Source of the DNA: an uncultured Parvularculaceae bacterium
GTDB taxonomy: Bacteria; Pseudomonadota; Alphaproteobacteria; Caulobacterales; Parvularculaceae
Assembly (NCBI GenBank): GCA_963922595.1
Contig: CAWUIM010000009.1
Location: 5,075-69,074 of the forward strand
DNA length: 64,000 nt
Reading direction: 5' to 3'
Numbering within the stretch: position 1 is the stretch's first letter; each line of letters starts with the position of its first letter. This document shows positions 18,847-30,940 of the stretch, piece by piece. The notes under the pieces are model-generated. The model saw only the letters and a list, made by a program, of their open reading frames with translations, was not told the origin of the DNA and did not search any database. A program made the translations under genes and the position numbers.

Positions 18847-20044
18847 AACGCGGCTCCTTCACGGTCGCTAATTCGTTTTCGTTCGCCACATCGCTTGCGG
18901 GCGCCGGGCGGCCGGCTGCAGCGCTATCGCGCACAATCACTGTTTCATATGGACCGCCGAAACCGTTGAAGCCGGTCGCCATCGCGGCGCCATAAGCGCC
19001 AAGACTGCCGATTTCGAGATAATCGCCGGCGGCGACGCTTGCGGGCAGCGCAAACGGTCCCTCCATGCGGTCAAGATCATCGCAGGTGGGGCCGTAAAAA
19101 CTGAACGGTTCTTCCGGCGCTTCGCCATCGGCGTCCAAAAGACGCGCCGGAAACGGCCAGTTCAAATGCGCCGCGTCGAAGAGAGCGCCGTACGCGCCGT
19201 CATTGATGTAAAGATCGCGCTCTTTGCGCGCGTCAACGCGCACGACGAGCGACGCGGCCTGTGCGCTCAACGCCCGCCCTGGCTCGCACCAGAGCGCGCA
19301 GTTTTCCGCGACCAGCATCGCCTCAAACCGGGCGGCGATGGCGGCGATAAAGTCCTCCAGCGGCGGCGGCGTCATGCCCGGATAAGCAACCGGAAATCCG
19401 CCGCCCACATCGAGGACGTCAACGATAACGCCGGCCTCAACGATGGTCTTCTCCACCGCATCGATGGCTTCTGTGAACGCAGCGGGCGCCATCGCCTGGC
19501 TGCCCACGTGGAAAGCGACGCCGAGGCGCGCAGCCGCCTGACGCGTCCGGCGCATCAAGGCCACCGCCTCTTCGCCAACCGCGCCGAACTTGCGCGCCAG
19601 AGAAATCTTCGCATGGTCGCTGGAAACGCCATGACGCACACAGAGCGTTAGGTCCCGGGCGCCGTCCGTGGCGTCAAGGATTTTTGTGAGCTCTTCATCC
19701 GTGTCGAGCGCAAAGATGCTGACGCCATGCGCGCCATAAGCTTCTCGGATCGCCGCCGCCGACTTGATCGGGTGCATGTAGGCGATTTCCGCATCCGGAA
19801 AGCGCGCCGCGATGAGCCGGACCTCGGCGATCGACGCCGCCTCAAAGCGCGTGACGCCGCCTTCATAGAGCGCGTCCAGCAGCCACGGCGCCGGATTGGC
19901 TTTGACCGCATAAAAGGTCTCACCGGGAAAGCGATCGGCGAACCAGCGCGCAGCGGCCTCGGCCACGGGCGGCCGGGCGCAAAAAACCGGGTTTTCGGGG
20001 TGAAGTCGGGTGGCTACGTCCCTAGCGTCTTTGTAGTTGTCCAC
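18836..20044 (-). CDS. type III PLP-dependent ornithine/lysine decarboxylase
   Basis: FYAVKANP (PLP lysine), GGGFPV and YGPTCD motifs. GTG start with a poor SD. The start is uncertain. Confidence 0.85.
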   Translation of the reverse strand: MDNYKDARDVATRLHPENPVFCARPPVAEAAARWFADRFPGETFYAVKANPAPWLLDALYEGGVTRFEAASIAEVRLIAARFPDAEIAYMHPIKSAAAIREAYGAHGVSIFALDTDEELTKILDATDGARDLTLCVRHGVSSDHAKISLARKFGAVGEEAVALMRRTRQAAARLGVAFHVGSQAMAPAAFTEAIDAVEKTIVEAGVIVDVLDVGGGFPVAYPGMTPPPLEDFIAAIAARFEAMLVAENCALWCEPGRALSAQAASLVVRVDARKERDLYINDGAYGALFDAAHLNWPFPARLLDADGEAPEEPFSFYGPTCDDLDRMEGPFALPASVAAGDYLEIGSLGAYGAAMATGFNGFGGPYETVIVRDSAAAGRPAPASDVANENELATVKEPRYGV

Positions 20045-20185
20045 CTCATGGGAACTCCATCTAAGGGCGCGCCGGCGGTACGAACCATTTGAGGCCAGCG
20101 AGTCACGTTAAACGAATGCCAGCCCCACGAGAGGATCCCGGACTTGGCGTCGGAAGCGCGGAAATAGGGACAGTTCCCTGGCTTG

Positions 20186-20215
20186 TAAAGAAAAAATCGC
20201 CGCGCGGGCGGCGAT
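20186..20215 (-). terminator. rho-independent (bidirectional-looking) terminator after the thioredoxin-like gene
   Basis: ATCGCCGC-GCGG-GCGGCGAT hairpin (20196-20215), flanked by an A-run on the left and a T-run on the right. Confidence 0.6.
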
Positions 20216-20244
20216 TTTTCGCGATTTGATTCAAGCTGCGGCGT

Positions 20245-20679
20245 TCAGGCGACAGACTTCTCCATGGCCGCTTTCAACTCGTCTTCGGAAAGCTCCTTGC
20301 GCAAGTCGGCCACGACGCTTTTGGTCTCCATATCCACAAGCAAAATGATCCCGGTCTTCACATCACCTTCCAGATGGTCGCGCACCGCGTCGCCGACACC
20401 CAGCTTTTCCGCCGCCGCATAAAACGCGTCCTTGTCCCGGTCGGTGTAATCCATGGTGATGTGCTGAAGGCCATCGATCGGGCCGTCAATTTTCACCTCG
20501 GTCAGCTTCGGTTCGATGATCTTGCAGGACGAACACCAGTCCGCGCGGATCAGCACGGCGGCGACGCGCGTGTCTTCAGCGATGGATACAGTTTTGACGT
20601 CAGGCACAGATGTTTTGGCGATCTCGTCAGAACAGGCGGCCAGCACCGCGGCGGCGACGGCGATGAATAAAAAACGCAT
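20245..20679 (-). CDS. thioredoxin-fold lipoprotein
   Basis: Lipobox VLAACS after MRFLFIAVAAA, and a WCSSCK CxxC motif. I chose the ATG at 20679 over the track start at 20760. Confidence 0.7.
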   Translation of the reverse strand: MRFLFIAVAAAVLAACSDEIAKTSVPDVKTVSIAEDTRVAAVLIRADWCSSCKIIEPKLTEVKIDGPIDGLQHITMDYTDRDKDAFYAAAEKLGVGDAVRDHLEGDVKTGIILLVDMETKSVVADLRKELSEDELKAAMEKSVA

Positions 20680-20818
20680 GATATAGCTCTCCTCTATGTG
20701 CTTGGCGGGGTCATAGCACGAGGGCGAACGGCGGCGCGCATCACGCTTGCGTGAGAGCAAACCGCCAATGAAAAAAGCGGCCGAAGCCGCTTTGTTCCTT
20801 AACCAGTAAACACCGGCG

Positions 20819-22816
<1,998 letters not shown>

Positions 22817-22928
22817 GCTTTGTCTTCGCCTTACCTAAACCCAGCGTCTCTAATCGGAGTGTCTCTGAATGGAGCGCCCTTAAATCCACTGTCCATGATC
22901 GCGCCCCGGCCCTTTCAGAAGCGCTTCA

Positions 22929-24872
22929 CTATCTCTTCTTCTTACGCTCGACCGTCGCCCGCATTCGGTCGAGCCGGTCCAGCAATTCCTCACTCGACAC
23001 GCCGCCGCCGGCGTCGCGATGATTGCTCGAGCCCGAATTCAACAATTCCTCTCTCGCCGTCACCGCAGCTTTCCAAACCCCTTCACCATCTGTGAAACTC
23101 TGAGAGGCGGTTTCCGTTAGCTCCATACGCGCGTTTGTCGCGATAAGATGATGCCTAAGCGCGTCGCTCCAGCCCCATTCAACCTCGTCCATCTCAGCAT
23201 CAGGTCGCAGGAACGATTGTTTATTGAGCGTTTCATCGCCGAGGATGCGCTCCAGAGTGTCCGACGCCTGAGTCTCATGCAAATGGCGTTTCAGGCCGGG
23301 ACTGTCAAGGCCCGGATTGGCTGAAAGCGCCGCAATTGCGGCGTTCAGGAGCCCGTCGAGGGCCAAATCGCTGAGGCGCAGGTCTAAAAACGCGTCTTCC
23401 TGGCGCTCCATAAGGCTCGGATGCTGAATCAGCGCGCAAACGAGGGTGGCTTCGCGCGACCAGCTCGAGGGTGCGCCGCGGCGTTTCAGGCTGGCGCTGG
23501 CGCGCGGTTCCGGCTTGAAAAAGCTGTTCCAGCGGCCCGCGCCTCCTGTCCGGGCGCGGTAAGGAATTCCGCCCGTCTGAGTTTTTGTCCTGGCCGGCGG
23601 CGCGAATTCCTCCTCAAGGCGCGCGGCGAGGTAGCGGCCATAGGCGCCCCGCACGTCGTTGTCGGCGATGCCTTTGACGAGCGTGCGCAAATGCGTGCGC
23701 AAGGCGGCGCGGCGTTCGGGCGTGTCGAGGGGACGCGCTTCGGTTTCGCGCCGCCACAAGACTTCGGCGAGCGGCGCCGCTTTTTCAAGAACGTCGCGAA
23801 ACGCAGCAGCGCCCTTGTCCCGCACCAAATCATCCGGATCCTGCCCCTCCGGCAAGAACGCGAACAAAAGCGACTTGCCCGGCTTCAGCATCGGCAACGC
23901 TCTGTCCACGGACCGGTGCGCGGCGCCGACGCCCGCCCGGTCACCGTCAAAACACAGGATCGGCTCATCGCTCGCCCGCCAAAGAAGCGTGATCTGGGCT
24001 TCGGTCAACGCCGTTCCGAGCGGCGCCACGGCGCGCTTGATCCCCGCGCCCCACAGCGCGACGACGTCCATATACCCTTCGCACACGATTAAAGGCGCTT
24101 TTTCATCCGCCGCCGCCGCGCGCGCCGGACCGAGATTGTAAAGGACATTGCTCTTGTGAAAGAGCGGCGTTTCCGGCGAGTTCAGATATTTCGCGCGCGC
24201 ATTGGGATTAAGCGCGCGCCCGCCGAATGCAATGACCCGTTCGCGCGCGCCGGTGATCGGGAACATCACGCGGTTGCGGAAGCGGTCGTAGGACGGCCCG
24301 CCATCCTCCGGCTTAATGACGAGGCCAGCCTCGATCAACACATGCTCAGCGAAGCCCTTATTGATGAGATAGTCTTTCAACGCCGTGCGCGTTCCAGGCG
24401 CATAGCCGATCCGGAAGGCCGCGATCTGTTCGGGCGTGACGCCCCGGCCCTGAAGATAGTCTGCTGCGGCGCGTCCTTCCGCCCGGCCGAGCATCGCAGA
24501 AAAGAACCCCGCGGCCGCATCGCAGGCTTCCGCGAGCCCCACCTGGGCGCGCGCGCGTTCGGCATCCCGCGGATCGTCGCGCGGCAATTCCATGCCCGCC
24601 TCTTCCGCCAACCGCTCCACCGCTTCGTAAAAGCTAAGGTTCTGGGTCTCCTGCAGGAACGAAATGACGTCGCCATGCTTGCCCGAGGAAAAGCAGTGAT
24701 AAAACCCCTTCTGGTCGTTGACGAAAAAGGACGGCGTCTTTTCTTTTGTGAACGGCGAAAGCCCAGCGAATTCATTGCCCTGCTTCTTCAATTTCATGTG
24801 CCGCCCGATCACGTCCGACGGCCGAAGGCGTGATTTGAGCTCGTCAAGGAAATCAGGGGTGAAACGGGGCAT
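22929..24872 (-). CDS. dnaG: DNA primase
   Basis: Zinc-binding region GLSPFTKEKTPSFFVNDQKGFYHCFSSGKHGDVISF, and TOPRIM (VCEGYMDV, FDGDRAG). It lies immediately upstream of rpoD. Confidence 0.97.
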   Translation of the reverse strand: MPRFTPDFLDELKSRLRPSDVIGRHMKLKKQGNEFAGLSPFTKEKTPSFFVNDQKGFYHCFSSGKHGDVISFLQETQNLSFYEAVERLAEEAGMELPRDDPRDAERARAQVGLAEACDAAAGFFSAMLGRAEGRAAADYLQGRGVTPEQIAAFRIGYAPGTRTALKDYLINKGFAEHVLIEAGLVIKPEDGGPSYDRFRNRVMFPITGARERVIAFGGRALNPNARAKYLNSPETPLFHKSNVLYNLGPARAAAADEKAPLIVCEGYMDVVALWGAGIKRAVAPLGTALTEAQITLLWRASDEPILCFDGDRAGVGAAHRSVDRALPMLKPGKSLLFAFLPEGQDPDDLVRDKGAAAFRDVLEKAAPLAEVLWRRETEARPLDTPERRAALRTHLRTLVKGIADNDVRGAYGRYLAARLEEEFAPPARTKTQTGGIPYRARTGGAGRWNSFFKPEPRASASLKRRGAPSSWSREATLVCALIQHPSLMERQEDAFLDLRLSDLALDGLLNAAIAALSANPGLDSPGLKRHLHETQASDTLERILGDETLNKQSFLRPDAEMDEVEWGWSDALRHHLIATNARMELTETASQSFTDGEGVWKAAVTAREELLNSGSSNHRDAGGGVSSEELLDRLDRMRATVERKKKR

Positions 24873-25092
24873 AGGGCGTATATGGGGCGCGAAATTGAAT
24901 TGTCACATTAGCCACATTCGCAGCGATCTCGATAGTTCCTTTTCCCCGTCGTTTCTCCTCTCTAACGATTTATTTCTCTGCGTTCACCGGGTTGGTTGGC
25001 GACGGCAATTGTGAAGGTCCCGACCGCCTGCGCATTCTTGTCCGGCGGCATATTCCCTCTTACGCTTCACGTGAAATTCTGAGGGAGAAACC

Positions 25093-27153
25093 ATGAAAAA
25101 CCTGATCCTTGCGGCCGCGATCGCCAGCGCCGCCGCCTTCTCCGCGCCAACAGAAGCGCGCAATATCGCCCTCACCGACTGGCTGGACTGGGAGCGGGCG
25201 GCGAACCCGGAAATCTCCCCGGACGGCGCGGACATCATTTACACGCGCCGGCGCGTCAACAAATTCGAAGACCGTTGGGATGCGGAGCTCTGGATCATGG
25301 ATGCGGGCGGCGAAAACCACCGGTTCCTCACCAAAGGCGGCGGCGTTCAATGGTCTCCCAACGGCGATCGCATCGCTTACATCGATAGCGTGGGCGACGG
25401 CGAAAAGGCGCGCGCGCAGTTGTTCGTCAAGCACATGACGAAAGACGGCCCGAGCTCACAAATCACCCATGACGCTTTTGAGCCGAACAGCTTCAAATGG
25501 AGCCCGAACGGCGACTGGATCGCGTTTCGCGCACAAACCCCGCTCGAAGCGGACTTCAAAATCGCCCTGCCCGAGCGGCCCAAAGGCGCGACCTGGATCG
25601 ATGATCCAACGGTGGTGGAACGGCTTCATTATCGGATCGACAGGGTCGGCGCCAAAGACGGGTTCGATCATTTGTTTCTTGCGCCCGCCGACGGCGGCAC
25701 GCCGCGCCAAATCACGGACGGCAAGTGGGACGTGGGCGCGCGCTTTTCCGGCATCGACGCCAGCGGCGGACTGCACTGGACGCCGAACGGGAAATCTATC
25801 GTCTTTGACGGCGTCTTCGATCCGGCTGCGGAACTGGAGGGCATGCGTTCGGATATCAATATCGTCAACATTGAGACCGGCGCGCTTCGCAAACTCCAGC
25901 CCGAAGAAGGCTTCTGGTCTAACCCCCGCATTTCGCCGAACGGTGGGCTGATCGCCTATACGGGCAACCGCACCAAAGCGGCAAATTATCCGCCCCAGGA
26001 ACTTCGCCTGATGACGATCAATGGCGGCGACGATAAGATCCTGATTGAGGATCTGCCTGATAGCATCAATGAGCTTGAGTGGGCCGCCGACGGCAGCGGG
26101 CTCTATTACACCATGAATGCGCGCGGAACGACGAACCTCTATTTCGTCACGCTCGCCGGCGAAATCCGGCAAGTGACGAACGGCGCGCACCGGTTGAGCG
26201 GCTTCGGCGTCAACCGCAACCAGGCGGCGGCGGTCCTCTCCGCTCCGAAGACCACGCCGAACCTCGTCCGTGTCTCCCTCGATGACGGCCGCCTCAATCA
26301 GCTGACGGATTTGAACGCCGATATTCTTCATGACGTTGCACTCGGCGAGACAGAAGAGATTCTCTATAAGTCCGCTGACGGAACGGACGTGCAGGGATGG
26401 ATCGTCAAGCCGCCGAATTTCGATGCCGCGAAAAAGTATCCGCTTGTGCTCTCCATCCATGGCGGTCCCCACGCCATGTATGGCCTGAATTTCAATTTCC
26501 GTTTTCATGAGTTCGCATCGAAGGGCTATGTGGTCCTGTACACGAACCCGCGCGGCTCAACGGGCTATGGCGGGGCGTTCGCCAATGCGATCGACAATGC
26601 GTATCCCGGCCGCGCCGACTATGAAGACCTCATGGGCGGCGTCGATGCGCTTTTGGAAAAAGGCATGGTCGACAAAGACCGCCTGTTCGTCACTGGATGT
26701 TCCGGCGGCGGTGTTCTCACGTCGTGGACCGTTACGCAGACCGACCGCTTCGCCGCGGCGGCTGCGCTTTGCCCGGTGATCAACTGGATCTCGTTTTCCG
26801 GCCAGGCCGACATCGGCCGCTGGTCGTTCGCGCGCTTCCGGCCGTTCTACTGGGAAGACCCGACGAAATGGCTGGAGCACTCGCCGATCATGCATGTGCA
26901 GAAGGTGAAGACGCCGACATTGCTGATGACCGGCGATAAGGACTTGCGTACGCCACTGGCCCAGGCGGAAGAATTCTACGCGGCGTTAAAAATGCTCGGC
27001 GTGCCGACGAAGCTCATCGCCATGCGCAATGAATATCACGGCACCACGAGCGTTCCATCCAACATGCTGCGCACGCAACTCTATCTGCAGCAATGGTTCG
27101 CCGATTACGGCGGCGTGCCGCTGGATGAGCCGTCAGAGGAGAGCGACGAGTAA
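25093..27153 (+). CDS. S9 family serine peptidase (prolyl oligopeptidase / acylaminoacyl peptidase-like)
   Basis: Signal peptide, an N-terminal beta-propeller with WSPNGD repeats, and a C-terminal hydrolase with GCSGGG, GDKDLR and HG. Confidence 0.9.
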   Translation: MKNLILAAAIASAAAFSAPTEARNIALTDWLDWERAANPEISPDGADIIYTRRRVNKFEDRWDAELWIMDAGGENHRFLTKGGGVQWSPNGDRIAYIDSVGDGEKARAQLFVKHMTKDGPSSQITHDAFEPNSFKWSPNGDWIAFRAQTPLEADFKIALPERPKGATWIDDPTVVERLHYRIDRVGAKDGFDHLFLAPADGGTPRQITDGKWDVGARFSGIDASGGLHWTPNGKSIVFDGVFDPAAELEGMRSDINIVNIETGALRKLQPEEGFWSNPRISPNGGLIAYTGNRTKAANYPPQELRLMTINGGDDKILIEDLPDSINELEWAADGSGLYYTMNARGTTNLYFVTLAGEIRQVTNGAHRLSGFGVNRNQAAAVLSAPKTTPNLVRVSLDDGRLNQLTDLNADILHDVALGETEEILYKSADGTDVQGWIVKPPNFDAAKKYPLVLSIHGGPHAMYGLNFNFRFHEFASKGYVVLYTNPRGSTGYGGAFANAIDNAYPGRADYEDLMGGVDALLEKGMVDKDRLFVTGCSGGGVLTSWTVTQTDRFAAAAALCPVINWISFSGQADIGRWSFARFRPFYWEDPTKWLEHSPIMHVQKVKTPTLLMTGDKDLRTPLAQAEEFYAALKMLGVPTKLIAMRNEYHGTTSVPSNMLRTQLYLQQWFADYGGVPLDEPSEESDE

Positions 27154-27185
27154 TTTCCACACCATCATCGACTCCGGAAAACCAA

Positions 27186-27716
27186 GTGGCGCAATCCTTC
27201 GAACAAATGCTCACCGGCGGACATCCGAACTCGCTCGGCAATACCGTCGAGGTCGTGGACCTTGTCTTGTCTGACCCAGAGCGTTTTGACGAACTCTTCG
27301 GATGCTACGGCAGCGAAGACGACGTTGTCCGCTTGCGGACCTCGAATGCGATGAAACGCATTGAGGCTGAGCGCCGCGACCTTCTCGTTCCCTATATCGA
27401 CCGTTTCATTGATGAGATCGGCACCCTCGACCAGGCCTCCGCTCAATGGACATTGGCTCAGCTATTCGATCGCCTTTCGGAGGAATTGAGTAAAGACCAG
27501 CGAAAAGCGGCGATCGCGATCATGAAACGCAACCTCAAAGGTCACGATGACTGGATCGTCCTCAACGCGACCATTGAGACATTGTCAAAGTGGGCGGGGA
27601 AAGACGCCGCCCTCGCAAAATGGATACGTCCGCACCTTGAACGGCTAAGCAAGGACAGCCGAAAGTCTGTCGCCTCGCGCGCGACCAAGAAGCTCAACGC
27701 GCTAAGCACCGGATAA
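27186..27716 (+). CDS. hypothetical helical-repeat protein (possibly DNA-alkylation-repair/HEAT-like)
   Basis: 176 aa and predicted all-helical by composition. It loosely resembles AlkD-like HEAT proteins. No firm motif. Confidence 0.45.
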   Translation: MAQSFEQMLTGGHPNSLGNTVEVVDLVLSDPERFDELFGCYGSEDDVVRLRTSNAMKRIEAERRDLLVPYIDRFIDEIGTLDQASAQWTLAQLFDRLSEELSKDQRKAAIAIMKRNLKGHDDWIVLNATIETLSKWAGKDAALAKWIRPHLERLSKDSRKSVASRATKKLNALSTG

Positions 27717-27724
27717 GCAAAGGC

Positions 27725-28183
27725 CTACCCCAGCGTCTTCTTCATAATGGCGCCGGCGCGGCCGAAATCCATGGCGCCTTGGTGGCGTTCCTTGAGCGCG
27801 GCCATGCATTTGCCCATGTCCTTGAGGCCGGTCGCCTCCAGCTCTTCGATGACGCTTGAAACGGCGGTTTCGATTTCAGCGTCGTTAAGCTGGCGCGGCA
27901 TGAACTCGCGGATCACGTCGATCTCGGCGCGTTCCTGTTCAGCAAGCTCTGGCCGGCAGGCCTTTTCGTAAGTCTCAGAACTTTCTTCGCGCTGCTTCAC
28001 CATCTTGGTGAGGATCGCCAAAATCTCTTCGTCGCTCACGCCATTGCAGCGGTCTTCGCTGCGCGCGGCGATGTCTCTGTCCTTGATTGCGGCATTCACC
28101 AGACGCAGCGTCGCGACTCTTAGTTTGTCGTCACGCGCCTTCATGGCGGTCTTCAATGCGTCGTCAATCTGCTGTCGCAACAT
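27725..28183 (-). CDS. GatB/YqeY domain-containing protein
   Basis: MLRQQIDDALKTAMKARDDKLRVATLRLVNAAIKDRDI is the typical YqeY N-terminus. I chose the ATG at 28183. Confidence 0.85.
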   Translation of the reverse strand: MLRQQIDDALKTAMKARDDKLRVATLRLVNAAIKDRDIAARSEDRCNGVSDEEILAILTKMVKQREESSETYEKACRPELAEQERAEIDVIREFMPRQLNDAEIETAVSSVIEELEATGLKDMGKCMAALKERHQGAMDFGRAGAIMKKTLG

Positions 28184-28438
28184 CTGCGATTCTCCAAAAA
28201 GGGCGGCGTCCAGCGGCTTCAGGCGAAACATCGAGACACCCATATTCTATTGTGTTGATATTGTTTGGCTTTTTAGACCGTTTCGTTTGTTGACCGCCTT
28301 ATGGGTTTCCCCTAGCTTCCCGTCAATTTGCGCGCCGCCCTCAGGTTTATTCCGCATGGGGCCGGTTGCGCTTCAAACACTTGCTCCGCGAAGGCGACGA
28401 CCGCAACCGCCAGCCGCCATACCGTTCGAACTCGAAGA

Positions 28439-29626
28439 ATGAAGAGATATTCACCGATGCGATTAAGTCAAGCGCCAATACAACCCGCCACCGCCCTCCT
28501 CGTGCTCGCGTCCGGAAAAACCTTTGAAGGACAAGGCTTTGGCGCGACCGGCGACGCCGTCGGCGAGGTTTGTTTCAACACGGCGATGACCGGCTATCAG
28601 GAGATTTTGACCGATCCGTCCTACGCCGGGCAAATCGTCACCTTCACCTTTCCCCATATCGGGAATGTGGGCGCCAATCCTGAAGATAGTGAAAATGCGT
28701 CTGCGACAGCGGCCGCCGCCGCGCGAGGCGCGATCGTTCGCGAGCCGCCTACGAGCCCTTCAAACTACCGGGCGCAGATGGACTTATCGCAGTGGATGCG
28801 CCGGCGCGGCATTATCGGCATATCGGGCGTCGACACGCGCGCCCTCACCGCCCTGATCCGCGAAGAGGGCATGCCGAACGCCGTCATCGCCCATAACGCC
28901 GCCGGACAATTCGATCTCGACGCCCTGAAAGCAAAAGCGCGCGACTGGCCGGGTATAGAGGGGCGCGATCTCGCCAAGGATGTTTCCGTCACGCAATCAT
29001 TCAATCACGAAGAAACCGCCTGGGCGTGGGACAAGGGTTTCGGGCGCACGCGCGGCGACGGCCCGCATATTGTCGTGATCGATTACGGCGTGAAGAAAAA
29101 CATTTTGCGCCTGCTCGCACAACAGGGCGCGCGCGTCACCGTCGTGCCGGCGAGCGCAGGCTATGAGGATATCATGGCCAAGAATCCCGACGGCGTCGTC
29201 TTATCCAACGGACCCGGCGATCCAGCAGCCACAGGCGAAACTGCGATCCCCGTAATCCGTGCGCTGATCGACAACAAAGTGCCCACCTTCGGCATCTGCC
29301 TCGGACACCAGATGCTGGCGCTCGCCGCCGGCGCCAAGACTGTCAAAATGGCGCAAGGCCATCACGGCGCCAACCATCCGGTGAAAAACCTCAAAACCGG
29401 CAAAGTGGAGATCGTCTCCATGAACCACGGGTTTACAGTGGACGCGGCGAGCTTGCCGGGCGACGCGGAAGCCACCTTCACATCGCTCTTTGACGGCACT
29501 AATAGCGGGCTAAAATTGAAGAACGCGCCGGCGATTTCCGTCCAGCATCACCCTGAAGCCTCGCCCGGCCCTCAGGACAGTTTCGGCGTTTTCAAAGAAT
29601 TCGTGGACTCACTGAGAGCCGCCTAA
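28439..29626 (+). CDS. carA: carbamoyl-phosphate synthase small subunit
   Basis: [41 protein letters not shown] and HHPE motifs. The start is uncertain (28439 or 28457). Confidence 0.93.
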   Translation: MKRYSPMRLSQAPIQPATALLVLASGKTFEGQGFGATGDAVGEVCFNTAMTGYQEILTDPSYAGQIVTFTFPHIGNVGANPEDSENASATAAAAARGAIVREPPTSPSNYRAQMDLSQWMRRRGIIGISGVDTRALTALIREEGMPNAVIAHNAAGQFDLDALKAKARDWPGIEGRDLAKDVSVTQSFNHEETAWAWDKGFGRTRGDGPHIVVIDYGVKKNILRLLAQQGARVTVVPASAGYEDIMAKNPDGVVLSNGPGDPAATGETAIPVIRALIDNKVPTFGICLGHQMLALAAGAKTVKMAQGHHGANHPVKNLKTGKVEIVSMNHGFTVDAASLPGDAEATFTSLFDGTNSGLKLKNAPAISVQHHPEASPGPQDSFGVFKEFVDSLRAA

Positions 29627-29644
29627 CGCGTCCGGGACATTTCA

Positions 29645-30913
29645 ATGAAAGCCATTCAGTCCTTTTATGCGAGCGTTCCTGCGATCGCGGATTACACCCA
29701 GCCGCTCGCTGCATTGACGGCGCTGGTCGCCGTCGCGTTGATCGCCATTGTCGCCAATATGGTGACGCGCGGCGTGATCGTTGTCCTGATCCGGCGTGTG
29801 CTCGCGCGAACGAAATCGGTGCGCGACGATATTCTCGTGAAACGCCGCGTCTTCCAGCGCCTTTCGCAACTGGCGCCCGCCTTCATCATCTATGCGCTGG
29901 CGCCAGTGGCGCTTGAGGCCTACCCGGCGCTTGGGGCCTTCCTCGTTAAATTGAGCCTCGTCTATATGATCGCGATCGGCGTTCTGTTCGTGGACGGCAT
30001 GATCAACGCCGGGCTCGAAATCTACGGAACATTCCGGATATCGCGCACATTCCCGGTCACCAGCTTCGCGCAAGTAACCAAGCTCATCCTCTATTTCCTC
30101 GGCTTCATCGCAACGCTTTCGGTGTTGCTGGGCGAGTCGCCGATGACATTCATCGCGGGGCTCGGCGCGCTCGCCGCGGTCTTGATGTTTGTCTTCAAGG
30201 ACCTGATCCTCGGCCTCGTTGCGGGCATCCAGCTTTCGGCGAACCGCATAGTCGCCGTGGGCGACTGGATCGAGATCCCCAAATATGGCGTTGACGGCGA
30301 CGTCATGGAGATCGCGCTGACGACGGTGAAAATCCGGAATTTCGACAAAACAATCACGACTGTGCCGACGCAAGCGCTCATCAATGAAAGCTTCAAGAAC
30401 TGGCGCGGCATGACGGAAACGGGCGGGCGCCGCATAAAACGTTCCGTACACATTGATGTGGCGTCAATCCGCTTTTGCGATGAAGAGATGCTCGAACGCT
30501 ACGCCAAGATCCGGCATATCGCCGCTTACATCGAAGAAAAACGCAAGGAGATCGCCGCCTACAATGAAGAGACGGGCGCCGACCGGGCGCTCCTCGTCAA
30601 TGGCCGCCATCTGACGAATATCGGCACCTTCCGCGCTTACGTGGAAGCCTATCTTCGTAATCACCCGAAAATATCGAAGGATCTCACCTTACTCGTTCGC
30701 CAGCTTCAGCCGACGGCGCATGGACTGCCGATCGAGATTTATGTGTTCACCAACGACACCAACTGGATCGCTTACGAAGGGATTCAGGCGGACATTTTCG
30801 ACCACATCCTCGCCGCCGCCCGCGAATTCGATCTGCGCGTCTTTCAGGACCCAACCGGCGCGGACTTTCAGAGGTCATTTGCGCAAAGACAAGAAGCCTC
30901 AGCGCCAGTCTGA
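29645..30913 (+). CDS. mechanosensitive ion channel (MscS family)
   Basis: Multiple N-terminal TM helices, then the MscS beta-domain GDWIEIPKYGVDGDVMEIALTTVKIRNFDKTITTVPTQ. Confidence 0.88.
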   Translation: MKAIQSFYASVPAIADYTQPLAALTALVAVALIAIVANMVTRGVIVVLIRRVLARTKSVRDDILVKRRVFQRLSQLAPAFIIYALAPVALEAYPALGAFLVKLSLVYMIAIGVLFVDGMINAGLEIYGTFRISRTFPVTSFAQVTKLILYFLGFIATLSVLLGESPMTFIAGLGALAAVLMFVFKDLILGLVAGIQLSANRIVAVGDWIEIPKYGVDGDVMEIALTTVKIRNFDKTITTVPTQALINESFKNWRGMTETGGRRIKRSVHIDVASIRFCDEEMLERYAKIRHIAAYIEEKRKEIAAYNEETGADRALLVNGRHLTNIGTFRAYVEAYLRNHPKISKDLTLLVRQLQPTAHGLPIEIYVFTNDTNWIAYEGIQADIFDHILAAAREFDLRVFQDPTGADFQRSFAQRQEASAPV

Positions 30914-30940
30914 ACGGCGTACGGACTTAACGCCCCAAAT

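Noticed and set aside
20045-20190. A leader of about 150 nt upstream of the polyamine operon, with GGGAACT...AGTTCCC long-range complementarity next to the start codon, as a possible riboswitch.
   Set aside because: It has no resemblance to any riboswitch class I know. One 7-nt complementarity is expected by chance. It is mentioned only under the operon finding.
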